The notes beneath the pieces are model-generated. The model was not told the origin of the DNA and ran no database searches. It worked only from the letters and a program-made list of their open reading frames with translations. Made by a program: the position numbers and the translations under genes. Below are positions 8,070 to 10,960 of a DNA stretch of 10,960 bases, piece after piece. This DNA is from Candidatus Eiseniibacteriota bacterium (GTDB lineage Bacteria > Eisenbacteria > RBG-16-71-46), in contig JANLOX010000129.1 in assembly GCA_031366795.1 (NCBI GenBank), positions 1 through 10,960 on the forward strand. The letters run 5' to 3'. Positions within the stretch are counted from its first letter, which is position 1, and every line of letters starts with the position of its first letter.

Positions 8070-8142
8070 CCCGGGGTGCGCGATTGGAATTGCGCATCTC
8101 GGTCAGGCTCGCACCGGCATTGGTGCTCAAGGAGGAGACGAC

Positions 8143-8724
8143 ATGAAGCGTTCTGTTGCCATCACTAGTGCTGCGCTGTTGATGACCGTTGGGCTGTTTG
8201 CGGGATCCGCCCGTGCGGCAGATGAGATGCCGTCGGGCGAGCACGCGCGGGGCGGTCTGGGCTTCCACAATTCCAGCGCACCGATCGGCGGCCGCTGGTG
8301 GATGAGCGGCGAGAAGGTCGGCATCGATGCCGGGATCGGGTTCGGCTCGACGCCCGCGAGCGGCTTCCCGAAAGAGAAAGTCACGAACTTCACCCTGGAC
8401 GTCGGCGTGCCGTTCGTGCTGAAGAGCTGGAGCCGCGCGCACCTGATCCTGCGTCCTGGCCTTACTTACGGAAGCCAGCAGGTCGTCTCATCTACGCCGC
8501 CTGCCGCCTTCAACACGGACAACGCGACGTCGATGAGCGTCTCGGGTGAGTTCGAGGCCGAAGTGTTCCTGGTCGACAACGTGAGCGTCTCGGCCAGCCA
8601 CGGAATCCGCTTCGACAGCCTCAACCCCCCGGGCGCCGGCGACAACATCACGAGCTTCTCGACGTTCGGCAACAATTTCACGGAAGTTGGATTCCACATC
8701 TACTTCCTCGGCGGCAGCAAGTAG
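8143..8724 (+). CDS. Outer-membrane beta-barrel protein (193 aa, probably 8-stranded)
   Basis: Start reassigned to ATG 8143 after a strong SD, AAGGAGGAG. Signal peptide MKRSVAITSAALLMTVGLFAGSARA. Amphipathic strands IGGRWW, VGIDAGIGF, FTLDVGVPFVL, LILRPGLTY, VSGEFEAEVFL and VSVSASHGIRF, with terminal strand VGFHIYF. Confidence 0.88.
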   Translation: MKRSVAITSAALLMTVGLFAGSARAADEMPSGEHARGGLGFHNSSAPIGGRWWMSGEKVGIDAGIGFGSTPASGFPKEKVTNFTLDVGVPFVLKSWSRAHLILRPGLTYGSQQVVSSTPPAAFNTDNATSMSVSGEFEAEVFLVDNVSVSASHGIRFDSLNPPGAGDNITSFSTFGNNFTEVGFHIYFLGGSK

Positions 8725-8741
8725 CCACGCTGGCGGCGACG

Positions 8742-8770
8742 GCCCGCTCGCGCATGTGGCGCGGGCGGGC
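8742..8770 (+). terminator. GC-rich hairpin after the beta-barrel stop (possible terminator or mRNA stabiliser)
   Basis: GCCCGCTCGCGC-ATGTG-GCGCGGGCGGGC forms a 12-bp stem with one G-U pair, 18 nt after the stop. No U-tract follows. Confidence 0.4.
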
Positions 8771-9033
8771 TGATCGCGGGAAGCGCCGCATCACCATCCG
8801 CACAGGATGGGCAGGCCGCATGCCCCGCGCGGCATGATCCCTGGCGCCCCGTCGCTCCCGAACGATGGCCCGCCGGCCCCCTCCTCCTCCTGCCCAGGCT
8901 TGCGGCAACCCACTTGCGCCTGAAGCCCGGGTGGGCAATTGCCGACACCTTAGGGGTCCCCCTCTGCCGGCCGCACAGCCGGCGGTCAGTTGCCGCACCC
9001 CAAGCCCCGGCACGGTCCATGGAACGGAACGCC

Positions 9034-9714
9034 ATGAAGCACCTCAAGAGGCTCGGAATTGTCCTCTGCTTGGGACTCCTCCTTAGCCCCGCCGCCACGC
9101 ATGCCGGGGCAGTCATCGGCACCTTGAAGCTACCCGGTACCCGCTCCCGTGTCGCTCTCGCCAGCAGCGGTCGGGCTCCAGCACACGCGGCCCCCGCCCC
9201 GCAGGCAGAGGCGGTCATCTACATCGACCGCATCCCGGACAAACTCGAGGCGAAGCTGGCGAAGAAGGCCGGGAAAGCAGTGATGGGCCAGTGCTACGGC
9301 GCATTCGTTCCACGCGTCATGGCCATCGCGGCGGGAACCAAGCTCACCTTCGAGAACCAGGACCGTGTTTATCACAACGCGTTCAGCGTCTCCCCCGTGC
9401 GCAAGTTCGATGTCGGCAAGTACGCCCCCCGCGAAACACGGGACGTGGTGTTCAACAAGCCCGGCCTTGTCAAAGTGTTCTGCGAACTGGACCCGGATGA
9501 ACTCGGCTTCGTCTACGTGACGCCCAACAACGCGTTCGTGCGACCTGACGCCGACGGCCAGTTCAAGTTGCCGAAGTTGCCGCCCGGCAACTACACGGTC
9601 ACGGCCTGGCATCCGCGACTGGGTTCTGTCAGCCGTGAGCTGGTGATGGAGAAGCGCGGCGACGTAGCGGTCGCGCTCGAGCTCCCCAGCGGCCGGAAGC
9701 CCAAAGCGCGCTGA
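9034..9714 (+). CDS. Secreted cupredoxin/plastocyanin-fold protein with C-terminal carboxypeptidase-regulatory-like beta domain (methylamine-utilisation-protein-like family), non-canonical metal ligands
   Basis: Start probably ATG 9034 (alternative 9019), giving signal peptide MKHLKRLGIVLCLGLLLSPAATHA. Family motifs AVIYID, MGQ..AFVPRVMAI.AGT.LTFENQD.VYHNAFS, FDVGKY, VFNKPGLVKVFC and DGQF.LP.LPPGNYTVTAWHP. Confidence 0.88.
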   Translation: MKHLKRLGIVLCLGLLLSPAATHAGAVIGTLKLPGTRSRVALASSGRAPAHAAPAPQAEAVIYIDRIPDKLEAKLAKKAGKAVMGQCYGAFVPRVMAIAAGTKLTFENQDRVYHNAFSVSPVRKFDVGKYAPRETRDVVFNKPGLVKVFCELDPDELGFVYVTPNNAFVRPDADGQFKLPKLPPGNYTVTAWHPRLGSVSRELVMEKRGDVAVALELPSGRKPKAR

Positions 9715-9715
9715 G

Positions 9716-9746
9716 GCGGCGGTGGCGGTCGCACCCGCGCCGCCGC
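9716..9746 (+). terminator. GC-rich hairpin immediately after the cupredoxin stop
   Basis: GCGGCGG...CCGCCGC outer stem plus GCGG/CCGC inner stem with a TCGCAC loop. No U-tract follows. Confidence 0.35.
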
Positions 9747-9765
9747 TCGAATCGTTCGCTGCGGT

Positions 9766-9794
9766 GTGACATTCCCGCAGACATGCCAGATACT
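9766..9794 (+). promoter_or_regulatory. Candidate sigma-70 promoter, possibly for a leaderless mRNA
   Basis: GTGACA at 9766-9771, 17-nt spacer, GATACT at 9789-9794. Predicted +1 is about 9801-9802, coinciding with the ATG at 9802. Confidence 0.45.
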
Positions 9795-9801
9795 CTGCCG
9801 G

Positions 9802-10722
9802 ATGCGAAAGCTCCCCCCGCTGGATGAGATGGCCGTCAGGCCGGACGGAGTAGGGCGGCCGGTCCAGTTCTCCTTGCTCGCCATCATCATCGTGCTGCTG
9901 GGTACCTGCGCGATGCTGTTCCATTTATACGGGACCGCAACACCACGCCATCGCGAGTCGGAGGCGCGCGAACACGCGGAGCGCCTCCGCTATGCCCGGG
10001 CGCTGGAAGCCATCGCTGAGATCCAGGATAGCCTCAACGGGATCGCCGCTGTCGAGTTGCCGCAATCATCCGTGCGCCGTCCCTCGGGGTTCTCGGAGCA
10101 GCGCGCCGGGGAATCGAGCCGCAGGGCCCTGAGCCGTATCGCTGAAATCGGCTCGCTCGTTCAGCGCAGCAAGCACAAGATCGCCCAACTTGAAGGGAAC
10201 CTGAACCACAGCACGTCCGAGTTTGCCGTAGTACAGCGCCTGCTCGAGTCGGCCAAGCGGACCGCTTCGCAGAAGGAGCTGCTCGTACGCCAACTTGCGG
10301 CGCAGATCCGAACATTGGACACGCGTGTCGCCGGGTTGGAGACAGAGGTCGAGCGGCGGCATGTCATCATTCAAGCCCGCGATCAAACGATTGAAGAGAA
10401 GCGCCGCGAACTAGGCACAATCTACTTCGTCATGGGCACGAAACGCGCCCTCAGGAATCAGGGCCTGATCGTGGCCAAGGGTGGTGTCCTCGGCGTGGGC
10501 AAGACCATGCAACCTTCGGGCACCGCCGATGACGGCCTGTTCACAAAACTCGACACCGATCGTGAATCCACGCTCACGGTTCCAGCACCCAAGGCGCGCA
10601 TACTCAGCGCCCAGCCTGCATCGAGCTATTCCCTCGTTGCGAACGGCGACAACATGGTCCTTCACATCCGGAATCCCAGTTCGTTCAGGGGGGTCCGGCA
10701 TCTCGTGATCATGACCGAATAG
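9802..10722 (+). CDS. Membrane-anchored coiled-coil protein with C-terminal domain resembling the Bacteroides Cbp1 (collagen-binding glycoprotein adhesin) family
   Basis: Start ATG 9802 or 9829. Single TM FSLLAIIIVLLGTCAMLF. Long heptad region from IAEIQDSLNGI to IEEKRREL. C-terminal YFVMGTKRAL...GGVLGVGK...FTKLD...ARILSAQPASSYSL...LHIRNPSSF...HLVI parallels my recollection of the Bacteroidota family pattern YVFGTKKEL...FTKID...LLTSHPAGSY...ITNP..FW...YLVI. Confidence 0.85.
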   Translation: MRKLPPLDEMAVRPDGVGRPVQFSLLAIIIVLLGTCAMLFHLYGTATPRHRESEAREHAERLRYARALEAIAEIQDSLNGIAAVELPQSSVRRPSGFSEQRAGESSRRALSRIAEIGSLVQRSKHKIAQLEGNLNHSTSEFAVVQRLLESAKRTASQKELLVRQLAAQIRTLDTRVAGLETEVERRHVIIQARDQTIEEKRRELGTIYFVMGTKRALRNQGLIVAKGGVLGVGKTMQPSGTADDGLFTKLDTDRESTLTVPAPKARILSAQPASSYSLVANGDNMVLHIRNPSSFRGVRHLVIMTE

Positions 10723-10960
10723 CGGCTTCGCTTAACGCCCTGGCCGCACCGTGACGCGGGTCCTTCCCGCGTAGTCGTGCCGCGATCTGGCTACCTCGGG
10801 CGACATCGTTCGCGGGGATGCGTTCAAGTCTGTCCTGTTCCGTCCCACCGAGCGGATTCAAGTTTCCCGTTGACCCATCGCTCGGGAGGCGCGCGCAACA
10901 CGCACGAACTTCCTTGATCGTGCCCGCGACACCCCGGTAGAAAGCGATCACGCTGACACT
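10709..10960 (-). CDS. Possible 3' end of a convergent gene entering from beyond the window (hypothetical)
   Basis: The frame is open from the window edge (SVSVIAFYRGVAGTIKEV...) to TGA at 10709. The first codons mostly end in G/C. There is no recognisable motif, and it overlaps the neighbouring gene end by 14 nt. Confidence 0.25.
   Translation of the reverse strand, partial: SVSVIAFYRGVAGTIKEVRACCARLPSDGSTGNLNPLGGTEQDRLERIPANDVARGSQIAARLRGKDPRHGAARALSEAAIRS

Noticed and set aside
8041..8142. ORF-track N-terminal extensions (starts at 8041, 8914, 9766 and 3312)
   Set aside because: Downstream ATGs give proper signal peptides and/or SD sites. The 8041 and 9766 'starts' coincide with candidate -35 boxes.
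8900..8997. Resemblance to a c-di-GMP-I (GEMM) riboswitch (GGCAA...CAGTTGCC)
   Set aside because: Lacks the GNRA-capped stem, the GACGCAAA junction and the tetraloop receptor. Kept only as an unassigned structured element.
1..10960. CRISPR array, tRNA/rRNA, transposase/integrase, phage or defence genes
   Set aside because: No regularly spaced repeats, tRNA T-loop/acceptor signatures or such protein motifs were seen on either strand.

Overview
High-GC bacterial DNA with seven complete protein-coding genes, one partial gene and one doubtful partial ORF, arranged in two divergent blocks. The left block (minus strand) holds a sigma-54 response regulator (REC-AAA+-Fis HTH, GSFTGA), a small secreted protein with an aromatic core and a His/Gly/Asn-rich tail, a membrane hybrid histidine kinase, and a partial outer-membrane beta-barrel gene that the ORF track misses. 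The right block (plus strand) holds a 908-aa secreted protein (dimethylformamidase-beta-like domain, Ig-like domain, DUF4082 and an FlgD-Ig/T9SS-like C-terminal domain), a second small beta-barrel, a secreted cupredoxin-fold protein and a membrane-anchored coiled-coil protein resembling the Bacteroides Cbp1 family. The FlgD-Ig tail and Bacteroidota-like envelope proteins in high-GC DNA suggest an FCB-related lineage such as Ca. Eisenbacteria (inference). I found no RNA gene, CRISPR array or mobile element. The strongest oddity is the cupredoxin metal loop, where C-x2-H-x2-M is replaced by C-x2-D-x2-E. All family assignments come from motif recognition by eye, not from database searches.
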